Below are positions 9,860-18,953 of a stretch of DNA of 64,000 nt, piece after piece. The notes beneath the pieces are model-generated. The model was given only the letters and a program-made list of their open reading frames with translations, was not told where the DNA came from and did no database searches. The stretch covers positions 32,001-96,000 of the forward strand of contig JBDIWC010000004.1 of the NCBI GenBank assembly GCA_039794085.1, written 5' to 3'. A program made the position numbers and the translations under genes. The stretch is from Gemmatimonadales bacterium. Its GTDB lineage: Bacteria > Gemmatimonadota > Gemmatimonadetes > Gemmatimonadales > GWC2-71-9. Each line of letters opens with the position of its first letter. The stretch's first letter is position 1.

Positions 9860-11482
9860 CGCCTCGGCCCCCGCCGCCCCCGCCGCGATCACGCGGTTGC
9901 GACCGGCCTTCTTTCCGGCGGTCAGGGCACGCGTGGCCGCCTGGAGGAGGGTCACGGAAGTCTCGCCATCTCGGGGCCAGTGGGCCGTTCCGATCGTGAC
10001 ATGCAGGGGAAGGACCTGGCCGCCCGGGTGCATGAAGGGGGTGTTCTCGACCGCGGCCCGGATCTGTTCCGCCGCGATGGCCGATCCCACCTCGGTGCCG
10101 CGGTGCCAGATCACCACGAACTCTTCTCCGCCCACCCTCCCCATCACGTCGGAGGCGCGCACGCAGGTCCCGATCGTCCGGGTGACATGGGCGAGAACGG
10201 AGTTCCCGACCACGGGACCAAAGCGTTCATTGACACGCCGCAAATGATCGATGTCGAGGGTCGCGATCGACAGGGACTCCCGGTACCGCTTTGCGTGGGC
10301 GATGGCCCCCTCGAGTTCGGTCAGCAGGGCGTGCCGGTTGAGGAGGCCGGTGAGGTCGTCGCGATGGGCGAGGATCCGCGACTGGCGAGCCCGAAGGGCC
10401 CGGGACTGGACGATGCGCGCCAGGTTGTGGCGGTCCGTCGGGGGCAGGACCCCATCCATTCCCGCGGTCAACAGCGCCACCCGCTCGGTCTCCGAGCCGG
10501 TGAATCCGATGGTCAGGATGGGAAGGGACGAAAAGCAGTCGCCTGATCGCAGGGTCCGGGCGACCTTGATGTTCTCCTCCTGCCAGGCGCCGTTCGGTCC
10601 CCAGTCAGCGAGGATCAGGTCGGGACGATTGCGCTCGGCTTCCGAGGTAAGGGGGTCGGCGGCGGTGAAGGTTTCCACGTACATCCCGAGCTTCTGGATG
10701 GCATGCAGGGCCTGCTCCACGCGGTCCAGAGCCGGTGCCAGGAGGAAGGCGCCCATCGGGGAACCGTGAAGGCGAGCCGCCGTCAGGGCCCAGGCGGGCA
10801 GGGCGGTGGTCATGTCCTCGGGAGTGACAATCTGCTCGATCCCGAGGGCGCCCGCCCGGAGACGGGAGGTGCGGCCGGGACGATCCACGAGGAGGATTGC
10901 CGGCAGGGGCGACGGGGCCACGCGGCGCCAGGCGTCGACGAGGGACGCCGTGGTCACATCCGCGTCGTGGGCCACGTGGTCGGTCAGCAGGACCAGCAGG
11001 TCCGGGCGGGTCGACGCGGTGAAGGAGGTCACCGTGTCGCGAACGTCGACCGCGAATCCTTCCCGGGCCAGCAAATTCTCGGCCCGGTCACGGGTATCTC
11101 CCGCAGGGCCGTTCACCACCACACGCCAGGCGAAGGACGCAGTGGGGAGAGGGTCACCCGCACCCAGCGATGCCCCGGCCTCATCGAACGCGACCCCCAG
11201 TGTCCGGATGCCGTCCTCGATCCGGGAAATGTCGTCGGGCGTGGGATCGGGGCGCATGGCCAGCTCGAGAGTCTGACCGATCGCGGAGATGTCGGGAAAC
11301 CCGTAGGAGCCCCCGGAGCCGGCGAGCCGGTGAAACCGGGTCCGGAGCGAGAGCCAGGCGTCGGCTTCCCCCGCCCGCATGGCCGTCAGGTCCTTGCGCA
11401 ACTCCGCCAGGCGGATCGGGGCCTCGGCCAGATAGTCCCGCTGCAGTTCACGCAGGAAGTCGTGTGGAGGCTCGCAGGTCAC
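9857..11482 (-). CDS. Hpt-REC-like-REC-GGDEF diguanylate cyclase
   Basis: FHRLAGSGGSYGF (Hpt), PDLILAD (REC), DDLTGLLNR...GGEEF; GTG start estimated. Confidence 0.88.
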   Translation of the reverse strand: MTCEPPHDFLRELQRDYLAEAPIRLAELRKDLTAMRAGEADAWLSLRTRFHRLAGSGGSYGFPDISAIGQTLELAMRPDPTPDDISRIEDGIRTLGVAFDEAGASLGAGDPLPTASFAWRVVVNGPAGDTRDRAENLLAREGFAVDVRDTVTSFTASTRPDLLVLLTDHVAHDADVTTASLVDAWRRVAPSPLPAILLVDRPGRTSRLRAGALGIEQIVTPEDMTTALPAWALTAARLHGSPMGAFLLAPALDRVEQALHAIQKLGMYVETFTAADPLTSEAERNRPDLILADWGPNGAWQEENIKVARTLRSGDCFSSLPILTIGFTGSETERVALLTAGMDGVLPPTDRHNLARIVQSRALRARQSRILAHRDDLTGLLNRHALLTELEGAIAHAKRYRESLSIATLDIDHLRRVNERFGPVVGNSVLAHVTRTIGTCVRASDVMGRVGGEEFVVIWHRGTEVGSAIAAEQIRAAVENTPFMHPGGQVLPLHVTIGTAHWPRDGETSVTLLQAATRALTAGKKAGRNRVIAAGAAGAEA

Positions 11483-11493
11483 GGCGGCACGCC

Positions 11494-12165
11494 TCAGGGG
11501 ATCAAGGCGGAGGTCGCGGCCACCAGGGTCGGAGCCGTTCCCCAATGTCCGCTCACCACCTCACCCGTCCGAGACGCCAGGAGGGCTATTCGACGGTCGA
11601 TGACCGCGAGGACCGGCTCCCCGGGCCAGGCCGGAGGAGGCGGTGTCACCGACACGGTGGCCACGTCGAGAGCGACGGCCCGGAGGGCGCACAGTCGCAA
11701 GGTGACACCGCCCGCGGCGGCCTTTCGCAGCGAGGGACCGAGGAGGGGCCACGCCTCGGCGGGGAGAAACAGGGCCACCATCTCCTGTGCCCGGGCAATG
11801 TCGTGGGCGAGCAACTGGATGGCGCCGCGGCCCGAGTGGATCTCGACCAAGGCCTCTCCGGGAGGGAGGGCGACGGAGTCGAGCGAGTGCCGGAGCCGGT
11901 CGATGTCGCGGGCCTGGTGGTCGAGAATCCGGGCCAGGAGGGCCTCGGGAGGTTCCGGCCGGAACCGGCGGGGTTTTTCGCCGGGCCGGACCCGGGCTCC
12001 ACCCTTCGCGACCAGCCCCTCCAGCGCGGCGTAGGCGTTGGCCCGGGCCAATCCGGCCGCCCGGGCGATGCCATACCCTGTCCCGGGTCCCTCCCGCAGA
12101 AGCACCTGGTACACCAGGCTTTCGGTGGGTGTGAAGCCGAACGGGGTGAGGTCGAGGGTCGTCAC
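11494..12165 (-). CDS. TrmB-family transcriptional regulator
   Basis: FGFTPTESLVYQVLL...GTGYGIARAAGLARANAYAALEGL winged HTH; start approximate. Confidence 0.85.
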   Translation of the reverse strand: MTTLDLTPFGFTPTESLVYQVLLREGPGTGYGIARAAGLARANAYAALEGLVAKGGARVRPGEKPRRFRPEPPEALLARILDHQARDIDRLRHSLDSVALPPGEALVEIHSGRGAIQLLAHDIARAQEMVALFLPAEAWPLLGPSLRKAAAGGVTLRLCALRAVALDVATVSVTPPPPAWPGEPVLAVIDRRIALLASRTGEVVSGHWGTAPTLVAATSALIP

Positions 12166-12202
12166 CGCGCTCGGCCCGACGCGGAGGACCGCGGAGTGGG
12201 TA

Positions 12203-13306
12203 TCAAGTGAACGTAAGATCCCATCCAGCCATCTTCGCCACGAGGGCAAGGCGGAAGGTCGTCTCCACGTACCGGGCGTCACCGGATTTGGCGTCGTCCT
12301 GGAGGCCCCAACTGTGGTATGCCGCGGGATGAACGCTCTTCTTGATCGTCGGCATCCGCTTGGGACGCCACACCCCGAGGGCGTCGCATTCCGAGAGAAG
12401 CCGACCCATGACCCGGACCCCCAGGGGGGAGTGGACCAGGGCGCCGATCCGCGCGAGTTGTTCCAGGGCATGCAGGGCGAGCGGCAGATCCTTGGGGTGT
12501 CCATGGCTGTCGGCCTCGATCGGGTTGCCCAGAAGGAGGTAGTCTCCCTTGATTTTCTTCCGTCCGACCTGCACTGAGAAGGTCCGCTTGCTGGCGGCCG
12601 TTCCCAGGTACTGCGCCAGTCGCTCGGTAAAGCCGGCCCGTTCCCGCCGGAGGTTGGGCATCGCGGCAATCATCGCGACCAGATACCAGGTGGGTGGATA
12701 GGCGTCGGGATGCAGAAGCGTCGCCCCTCCCGACCGGATGTAGGGGTTGTCGGCCAGGGGGCTCCGCATGAAGTCCGACACAGCGGTGGCGATCTTGTGG
12801 GCCGCTCCCCGCACCCGGGGATCCTCCACATACCCCGCCTCCGCGAGGGCCGCCGTGGCCGCAATGCGCTCATGGGCCCGGGCCCAATCCGTGGTGTCGA
12901 TATCGGTGGCGATCTTGGCGTACTCGAAGAGGAGCTCCGGGCTGTTGTCGCGGGAGAGAAGCCGGAACAGGATCCGGTCCGCCAGCTTGAAGGGCCGGCT
13001 GTTTCGAGGGTAGCCGAGTTCGAGCAGCCTCCGGTACTGGGGAATGGTCCCCACGTCGCGGATTCCGCTCCGGGCGGCGGGAGTGACGCCGAGGAGATTG
13101 CCACCCCAGACGCCATTGTCTCCCTGCTTCGAGACGATTCCCCGAGCCACCTCGCTCTCGACCACGGCCGCCATGGCCTGCTCGACGAGGGGTGGCTCGG
13201 CAAACCCCTCGGGCGCGAGATCCCGGAGGACGCGGGCGCGGATGGGCGCACTCCCATGCTTAAGGAGCCATGTGAGCGGGACGGTGTGCTGGCTCGGAAG
13301 CTCCAG
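12203..13306 (-). CDS. Conserved hypothetical protein (possibly prenyltransferase/squalene-cyclase-like helical repeats)
   Basis: Long ORF with coding-like codon bias; KQGDNGVWG resembles a QxxDGxW repeat; start placed at a CTG 5 nt after AGGAGG (ORF open to 13375). Confidence 0.6.
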   Translation of the reverse strand: MELPSQHTVPLTWLLKHGSAPIRARVLRDLAPEGFAEPPLVEQAMAAVVESEVARGIVSKQGDNGVWGGNLLGVTPAARSGIRDVGTIPQYRRLLELGYPRNSRPFKLADRILFRLLSRDNSPELLFEYAKIATDIDTTDWARAHERIAATAALAEAGYVEDPRVRGAAHKIATAVSDFMRSPLADNPYIRSGGATLLHPDAYPPTWYLVAMIAAMPNLRRERAGFTERLAQYLGTAASKRTFSVQVGRKKIKGDYLLLGNPIEADSHGHPKDLPLALHALEQLARIGALVHSPLGVRVMGRLLSECDALGVWRPKRMPTIKKSVHPAAYHSWGLQDDAKSGDARYVETTFRLALVAKMAGWDLTFT

Positions 13307-13453
13307 GAAGACCTCCTGGTGACTCGGACGATAAATGGTGAAACGCTTGCCAAGATACAACTTACCGGCGAACAAGGCCAGTCACCTGTCAAAGAAGTGG
13401 CCACATTCCCCCCGGAATGGCCCCGCCAGAGTCTTCCCGGAGACATTGGAGTT

Positions 13454-14368
13454 CTAATGTGAAACGTTTTCGCCGTGACACCATCCCGTCCTCAGGAAGG
13501 GAATGACGCTGTCCAAGAAAAGGTCCGGGCGTTCGACATGAGGTCGATGCAAGGCCCCGGGGAGGGTGATCAGGGTGGAACACCGGGCCCAGGAGCGGAA
13601 GGTAGCAGAGGTGGCAGCCGGGATGACGGGATCGAATTCTCCCCAGACCAGGAGCGTTGGTTGGGTGATCGGTTCCGTCGTGCGGAGGGAGAGAAAATCA
13701 AAGTCCCGGAGAACCGAGGCTGCGGAGGCTCGGTATCCGGGATCCAGGGTGGGGTCGTAGCGCGCCATGGCCGGGGGTTCCCCCATCCAGTCGGGGTCAT
13801 GGATCGGCAGGATGAAGGCTCGGGCGGCCTGATACCATCCCAGGGTGCGGGCCTTCCGATCGGACATGCTGTCGATCAGTCCGCCCAGCCCGACCGCGAA
13901 CCCCGCCGGGGCGATCAGGACCGCAGCCACGATTCGGTCCGGACTCCGGATGGCCAGGGCGGCGGCGATCTCTCCGCCCATGGAGTGGCCGATGACGATC
14001 ACCGGTCCCCGGGGGATGGCTCGGTCGAGGACCTGCCTCATCCAGGTCGTCATGCGCGCCAGGGAATAGGGCCCGCCGGGCTTGTCGCTCGCCCCGAATC
14101 CGGGCAGGTCGACGGCCACCACGCGATAGTGCCGCGCCAGGGGGTCCACGACGGCGCGCCAGGTGAGGAGGCTCTCGCCGTACCCATGAAGGAGGAGAAG
14201 CGTCGTGTCTCCCTTTCCGGCCATGAGTGCGCGGACCACGAGGGAATCCAGCGGCAAAGCGATGGCGTGATGCGGTGGAGGCGGCCGTCCCCCGGGTCCG
14301 CCGCCGTGCCAGAGAGATGCGAGGGTCAGCACGGCTGCCACGCCCGCCCCCACGCGCCGGCGGCTCAT
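13454..14368 (-). CDS. Alpha/beta fold hydrolase
   Basis: LLLLHGYG, DLPGFG, GHSMGG nucleophile elbow, WGEFD, catalytic His region. Confidence 0.9.
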   Translation of the reverse strand: MSRRRVGAGVAAVLTLASLWHGGGPGGRPPPPHHAIALPLDSLVVRALMAGKGDTTLLLLHGYGESLLTWRAVVDPLARHYRVVAVDLPGFGASDKPGGPYSLARMTTWMRQVLDRAIPRGPVIVIGHSMGGEIAAALAIRSPDRIVAAVLIAPAGFAVGLGGLIDSMSDRKARTLGWYQAARAFILPIHDPDWMGEPPAMARYDPTLDPGYRASAASVLRDFDFLSLRTTEPITQPTLLVWGEFDPVIPAATSATFRSWARCSTLITLPGALHRPHVERPDLFLDSVIPFLRTGWCHGENVSH

Positions 14369-16107
14369 CCGTCGTCCGGCAGGCCGAAGACGGTCAGGAC
14401 TCCTCCGCGGGTGGTGACCGACGCGGGAGAGCGGGGCAGGGTCCTGGTGCCATACAGATCGGGTCCTCCGGTTCGAAACGGAGCCCCCATCCACCCTCCC
14501 ACGCCCGCCACAATGGCGATGCGATCGTGCCCGTCCGGCGTGCGGAACGCGATGGGGTTGCCGATCACACCGGAGGGGAGCTGATGGGAGTACAGCTCGC
14601 GTCCGGTCTCGAGGTCGACCACCCGGAACCATCCGTCGAGCGTGCCGTACATGGCGAGTCCGGTCCGGGTGACGAGGACACCCCCGAGCACCGGCCACGG
14701 TTCCCGGATCTCCCAGGTCACGATGGCCCGCGCGGCGTCCCAGGCGATGATCCGTCCGAGGTTGTTTCCCGGTCCCGGAACCAGGCTCACAATTGTTCCT
14801 GTGGCAGGGGCGCCCGGCGGGACGCGAGTGGAATCGGGGCGGGTCGTCATGCAGAGGTTGGCGAGGGGAACGATGATGAGGCTGGTGCCGGGGACGGCCG
14901 CACCCGGTCCTCCGGTGCGGATGCCAATCGGGGCCGGGCACACGGGCTGCCCGGCGGGAGGGGCCGCAGGCACGGGACGTGCCGTGGCGCGATCGACGTG
15001 GGAGGCCCAGTTCACGGGACCGTACCGCTCCACCAGGAGGACACGACCGGTGACGCGGTCGAGGGTGTACGCGAATCCGTTGGGGTCGAGGTGGACCAGG
15101 GCTCGGGACGGTGTGCCCCCCACCGGAAAATCGAGGAGAATGTTTTCCGTGGCCGCCCCGAAACCGAGGGTGTCATTCGGAGTGGTCTGGAGCGCCCACC
15201 GGGTTCGTCCGGTCCGGCGGTCCCGGGCGATGATGCTCGAGGTCCACTTGGCGTCTCCGGCTCGGCGCGAAGACCGCCAGGGAATTGGTGCTGCCGTTCC
15301 ATGGTAGATGAGGTCGGTGACCGGATCCCACGACAGGGGCCCGGATACGGCGCCTCCGCCGGTGCGCCAGGTCATTCCGGGCCAGGTGGTGAGTCCGAGT
15401 TCGCGTCCCTGATGGGACGGATAGACCGGGTGCCCTGGAACCGACAGGAGGACCTCGGCGTCGGGACCGGTGCTTTCCGCGCGCCACCGGAGGGCACCGG
15501 TCCGGGCGTCGAGAGCCACGAGGGCTCCTCGGACGGCGAATTCCGGGCTTCCGAGTCCCACGAGGACGAGGCTGTCGGCCACGAGCGGGGTGCCGTTGAT
15601 CGTCCGTCCTGCGGCACCGTCTCCGACCGCCACCCTCCACCGTTCCTGCCCGGTTCGAAGGTCCAGCGCCGCGACCTGACCGGGAAGCAGGGGAACGATG
15701 ACAAGTCCGGCTGGATGGATGGCGGGCCCTGGACCAGCCCCCTCGCAGCAGGCGATGGCCGGCCTCGTCCGGGGAATCGGCATCTTCCACTGCCAGCCGA
15801 TGGTGCCCCCCGGGCGATTGAGATCAAGGGCGTAGACCGTCCCTGGCCAGGGTGTCTGCAGGACCAGGAGACTGTCGGCCACCACCGGCTGTCCGCCATG
15901 CGCTCCCCTGCTTCCCGTGGAGAAGGTCCAGAGGGGCCGGAGATCGGCCGCGTTCTCCCGGGTGATGCTGGTGATCGACGCGATGCGGGTGGCCGACGGA
16001 TCCGGGAGGGAGGACCGGGGGGGGCGCGCGCCCTGGGCTTCAAGGGCGGGGGGTGGTCCGGGCCATGCCAGGACCACCGTCACGATGGGGATCAGAGTCC
16101 TTCTCAT
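14365..16107 (-). CDS. Secreted PQQ-dependent methanol/ethanol dehydrogenase homolog with a degenerate active site
   Basis: Signal peptide; WTFSTG, vicinal CC, EFAVRG, W-docking repeats, YGTLDGWF, LPSGVIGNP, GVGGW. Confidence 0.85.
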   Translation of the reverse strand: MRRTLIPIVTVVLAWPGPPPALEAQGARPPRSSLPDPSATRIASITSITRENAADLRPLWTFSTGSRGAHGGQPVVADSLLVLQTPWPGTVYALDLNRPGGTIGWQWKMPIPRTRPAIACCEGAGPGPAIHPAGLVIVPLLPGQVAALDLRTGQERWRVAVGDGAAGRTINGTPLVADSLVLVGLGSPEFAVRGALVALDARTGALRWRAESTGPDAEVLLSVPGHPVYPSHQGRELGLTTWPGMTWRTGGGAVSGPLSWDPVTDLIYHGTAAPIPWRSSRRAGDAKWTSSIIARDRRTGRTRWALQTTPNDTLGFGAATENILLDFPVGGTPSRALVHLDPNGFAYTLDRVTGRVLLVERYGPVNWASHVDRATARPVPAAPPAGQPVCPAPIGIRTGGPGAAVPGTSLIIVPLANLCMTTRPDSTRVPPGAPATGTIVSLVPGPGNNLGRIIAWDAARAIVTWEIREPWPVLGGVLVTRTGLAMYGTLDGWFRVVDLETGRELYSHQLPSGVIGNPIAFRTPDGHDRIAIVAGVGGWMGAPFRTGGPDLYGTRTLPRSPASVTTRGGVLTVFGLPDDG

Positions 16108-16212
16108 CGCTGGAACATGTCGGTTTGTCCCGGGGCTCTCAAGGGTGGGACCGTGGCATCCGGCGTGGTCGGAGGTTACGATTGGACCATTCCCTTCCTC
16201 GGAGAGCGACGG

Positions 16213-16440
16213 ATGAACGTCACCATTCAGTATTGCGTGGTTTGAAACTATGAACCCCGAGCCACCGGTCTGGTGGCTGAGATTGCCGAAGAGTGGCCCG
16301 AGGCCACGGTCCGGTTGGTGCCGGCATCCGGTGGAGTCTTCGAGGTGACGGTGGACGGTACCCTGGTGTTCTCGAAGAAGGCCCTGGGCCGCCATGCAGA
16401 CCCCGGCGAGGTGGTGAAGGCCATGCGCGCATGCGCATAG
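16213..16440 (+). CDS. SelW/SelT/SelH (Rdx family) selenoprotein, 75 aa, CxxU motif
   Basis: MNVTIQYCVV-TGA(16243)-NYEPRA...SGGVFEVTVDGTLVFSKK; GGAGAG SD; Rdx motifs continue in frame after the TGA. Confidence 0.92.
16260..16278 (+). promoter_or_regulatory. SECIS-like hairpin of the Rdx selenoprotein
   Basis: agccacc-GGTCT-ggtggct, 7-bp stem; loop G is 22 nt after the UGA. Confidence 0.8.
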
Positions 16441-17573
16441 CAATCAGCACCGGCGGGGGCGACGCTCCGGGCCTGAACGCGGTCATCCGCGCCGTGGTGC
16501 TGTCCGCCCTGGGGCGCGGGTGGACCTCGTTCGGGATTCTGCGGGGGTATGAGAGCCTGATCGCCCGGGGGCTTGAAGACGGCACGGCCCACCTGCCGCT
16601 GTCGGGCGAGCGTCGGCGGGTGGCGCATGCCCACGGCCTGGTTCCTCTGGGAGAGGATGAGGTCGCCGGGATCACCCACCTGGGCGGCACGATTCTCGGG
16701 ACGACCAACCGGGGCAATCCCTTCCGGTATCCCGTGCGGTCGCCGGATGGAAGCGTGAGTGAGGCGGACCGATCGGACGAGCTGGTGGACGCCTTCCGGC
16801 GGGCACGACTCGACGCCCTGGTCTCCATCGGCGGGGATGGAAGTCTCCAGATCGCGCACCAGTTGTTTCAGATGGGTCTTCCGGTCGTGGGCGTGCCCAA
16901 GACGATCGACAACGACGTGGAGGGTACCGAGGCGACCTTCGGCTTCGACACCGCGGTGAGCACCGCCACCGATGCCATCGACAAGCTCCACTCCACCGCG
17001 GCGAGCCACGACCGGGTGATGGTTGTGGAACTCATGGGACGCAATGCCGGCTGGATCGCCCTGCACAGCGGGGTGTCGGGCAGTGCCGATGTGATCCTGA
17101 TCCCCGAGATCCCCTTCGACATCGATGCGGTCTGTGCCAAGGTTCTCCATCGCGAGGCCCGGGGGCGCCGGTTTTCGATCGTCGTGGTGGCCGAAGGCGC
17201 GCGACCGATCGGGGGTGAGCCGAGCCTGATCGCGGGGGCGGGGGCGGGGAGTGTGGAACGGTTGGGCGGGGTCGGAGCGGCGGTGGCGAGGCAGATCGAG
17301 GAGCGAACCGGCAAGGAAACCCGGAGCCTCGTTCTCGGTCACCTTCAGCGCGGGGGGTCCCCGACCACCTTCGACCGGTTGCTCGGACTCCGGTTCGGAT
17401 CGGCCGCCGTGCGCGCCATCGCCGATGGGGATTTCGGCTCGGTCGTGGTGTATCGCCCGCCGGTGGTGACCCGGGTGCCGCTTGCGGAGGTGATCGGCCG
17501 GACCAAGCTCGTCCCCCTGGACAGTGGAATCATCATGACGGCTCGCAGTCTGGGGATCAGTTTTGGCGACTGA
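16431..17573 (+). CDS. pfkA: 6-phosphofructokinase
   Basis: TGGGDAPGLN, GGDGS, PKTIDND, MGR, LGHLQRGG. Confidence 0.95.
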   Translation: MRIAISTGGGDAPGLNAVIRAVVLSALGRGWTSFGILRGYESLIARGLEDGTAHLPLSGERRRVAHAHGLVPLGEDEVAGITHLGGTILGTTNRGNPFRYPVRSPDGSVSEADRSDELVDAFRRARLDALVSIGGDGSLQIAHQLFQMGLPVVGVPKTIDNDVEGTEATFGFDTAVSTATDAIDKLHSTAASHDRVMVVELMGRNAGWIALHSGVSGSADVILIPEIPFDIDAVCAKVLHREARGRRFSIVVVAEGARPIGGEPSLIAGAGAGSVERLGGVGAAVARQIEERTGKETRSLVLGHLQRGGSPTTFDRLLGLRFGSAAVRAIADGDFGSVVVYRPPVVTRVPLAEVIGRTKLVPLDSGIIMTARSLGISFGD

Positions 17574-18174
17574 CTCCCTGCGCGCGGCCAAGGGGAGTCT
17601 CCGCGCCGAGCTCCTGGCCCGTCGAAGCACGGAGACCGACCGTGAGGGAAAATCCGCCGCCATCGTCGCGTCGGTTTCCCGGGGGCCCGCCTTCGTCTCC
17701 GCGCGCACCGTCTTCACCTATGTCGGTGTGGGGTCCGAAGTGGACACGATCCCGCTGGTTGTGGAGGCTCTGAGACTGGGGAAGAGCGTGGCGGTCCCGG
17801 TGGTGGAGGACGCGCGCCTCGGGTGGTTCACCGTGGAGGATCTGCGCGACCTCGTCCCCGGTCGCTTCGGGTTGCTGGAACCCCTGGGTGGGGTCATCCC
17901 CCCGGGGCGCCGGGCGCAGGTGCGGGATGCCGAGCTGCTCGTGATTCCCGGGGTGGGATTCGACCGCCGAGGGGGAAGGTTAGGGTATGGCCGGGGATAT
18001 TACGACCGGGTGCTGGCGGCGCATCCCTCGATCCCCCAGGTCGCGACAGGTTTCTGCTGCCAGGTCGTTCCGGAGGTTCCCATGGGGCCGGGAGACGTGC
18101 GGATCAGGGCTCTGCAGACGGAGGCCTGGTTCTGGCAGGATGGGGAGGAGGACGGGACGAGCGGAAAGCCCTGA
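17563..18174 (+). CDS. ygfA: 5-formyltetrahydrofolate cyclo-ligase
   Basis: EVDT, IPGVGFDRRGGRLGYGRGYYDR. Confidence 0.92.
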   Translation: MATDSLRAAKGSLRAELLARRSTETDREGKSAAIVASVSRGPAFVSARTVFTYVGVGSEVDTIPLVVEALRLGKSVAVPVVEDARLGWFTVEDLRDLVPGRFGLLEPLGGVIPPGRRAQVRDAELLVIPGVGFDRRGGRLGYGRGYYDRVLAAHPSIPQVATGFCCQVVPEVPMGPGDVRIRALQTEAWFWQDGEEDGTSGKP

Positions 18175-18211
18175 ACACCTGACGGACAGCCCCGGCCCCC
18201 GATCGGGTGGC

Positions 18212-18721
18212 CTACGCGGGATCGCCCTCCCCGATCGTCATCCGAAAACTCGCCGACTGCCCCACATTCTCCTCGACGTCCACCTCCACGGCCTGAAGCC
18301 GGTGGTATCCCGCCTCTCCCAGTTCCCGATGGACCAGTCTCGCAAAATGCTCGGCCAGCATCTCGGCGGTGGTGTTGGAGACGGGGAGTAGCGCACAGTC
18401 GGTCCGCGGAAACATGTAGCGGTGCCGGCCAAGATACTCGACGGTGAGCATCTCCCCCTCTTCCCGCAGAATCAGCTTCCCGTTCTCCGTGGGGAGAAGC
18501 ACCCGGTGGTCGATGGCGTCGACATGGGGCTTGAGAATCCGCTTCAGGACGGCAAAGTCGACCACGAATGCGCACTCAGGGTCCACGCCACCGGTGACCG
18601 TTACCCCAACCCGATAGTTGTGACCATGCAACGCCTCGCAGGTATGCCCCCGGAGCGTGATGAAGTGCGCCGACGAGAATCCGAGATAGTCCTTGCTGAC
18701 CGTGACCGCGAATCGCTCCAC
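18212..18721 (-). CDS. queD: 6-carboxytetrahydropterin synthase / PTPS family
   Basis: FSSAH, CEALHGHNY, VDF, DH, TTAEMLA. Confidence 0.88.
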   Translation of the reverse strand: MERFAVTVSKDYLGFSSAHFITLRGHTCEALHGHNYRVGVTVTGGVDPECAFVVDFAVLKRILKPHVDAIDHRVLLPTENGKLILREEGEMLTVEYLGRHRYMFPRTDCALLPVSNTTAEMLAEHFARLVHRELGEAGYHRLQAVEVDVEENVGQSASFRMTIGEGDPA

Positions 18722-18897
18722 ACCAGACTCCCGACGTGGTGGTTCGGAATACCCTGAAGGGGTATGACCGAAGGGGGAAACCGGGGGGAGAATATAGACG
18801 GAGTGAGGACAGAACGGGGTGAACCGTCCACTCCAGAGGACAGTGCCTCGGTGGGGACTGACAGGCCAAGTGGTTGTGGCAAAATCGTTTATATGTA

Positions 18898-18913
18898 TGG
18901 CACAGAGATCGCC
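18898..18913 (+). promoter_or_regulatory. Candidate sigma54 (-24/-12) promoter
   Basis: TGGCACAGAGATCGC (GG-N10-GC), 40 nt upstream of ATG 18954, preceded by an AT-rich tract. Confidence 0.6.
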
Positions 18914-18953
18914 TTGGGTCGTGGTGGAGGCCACTGATACCAAGGAGCAAACC

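Noticed and set aside
16213..16245. In-frame TGA in the Rdx gene (and selD 40220) as pseudogenisation
   Set aside because: Both fall exactly on the redox/catalytic Cys position and are followed by SECIS-like stems
17500..17565. 6S RNA expected upstream of ygfA
   Set aside because: ygfA overlaps pfkA; no intergenic space
18743..18772. Hairpin in the queD leader as a preQ1 riboswitch
   Set aside because: Lacks the preQ1-I loop consensus and A-rich tail; only a generic stem-loop
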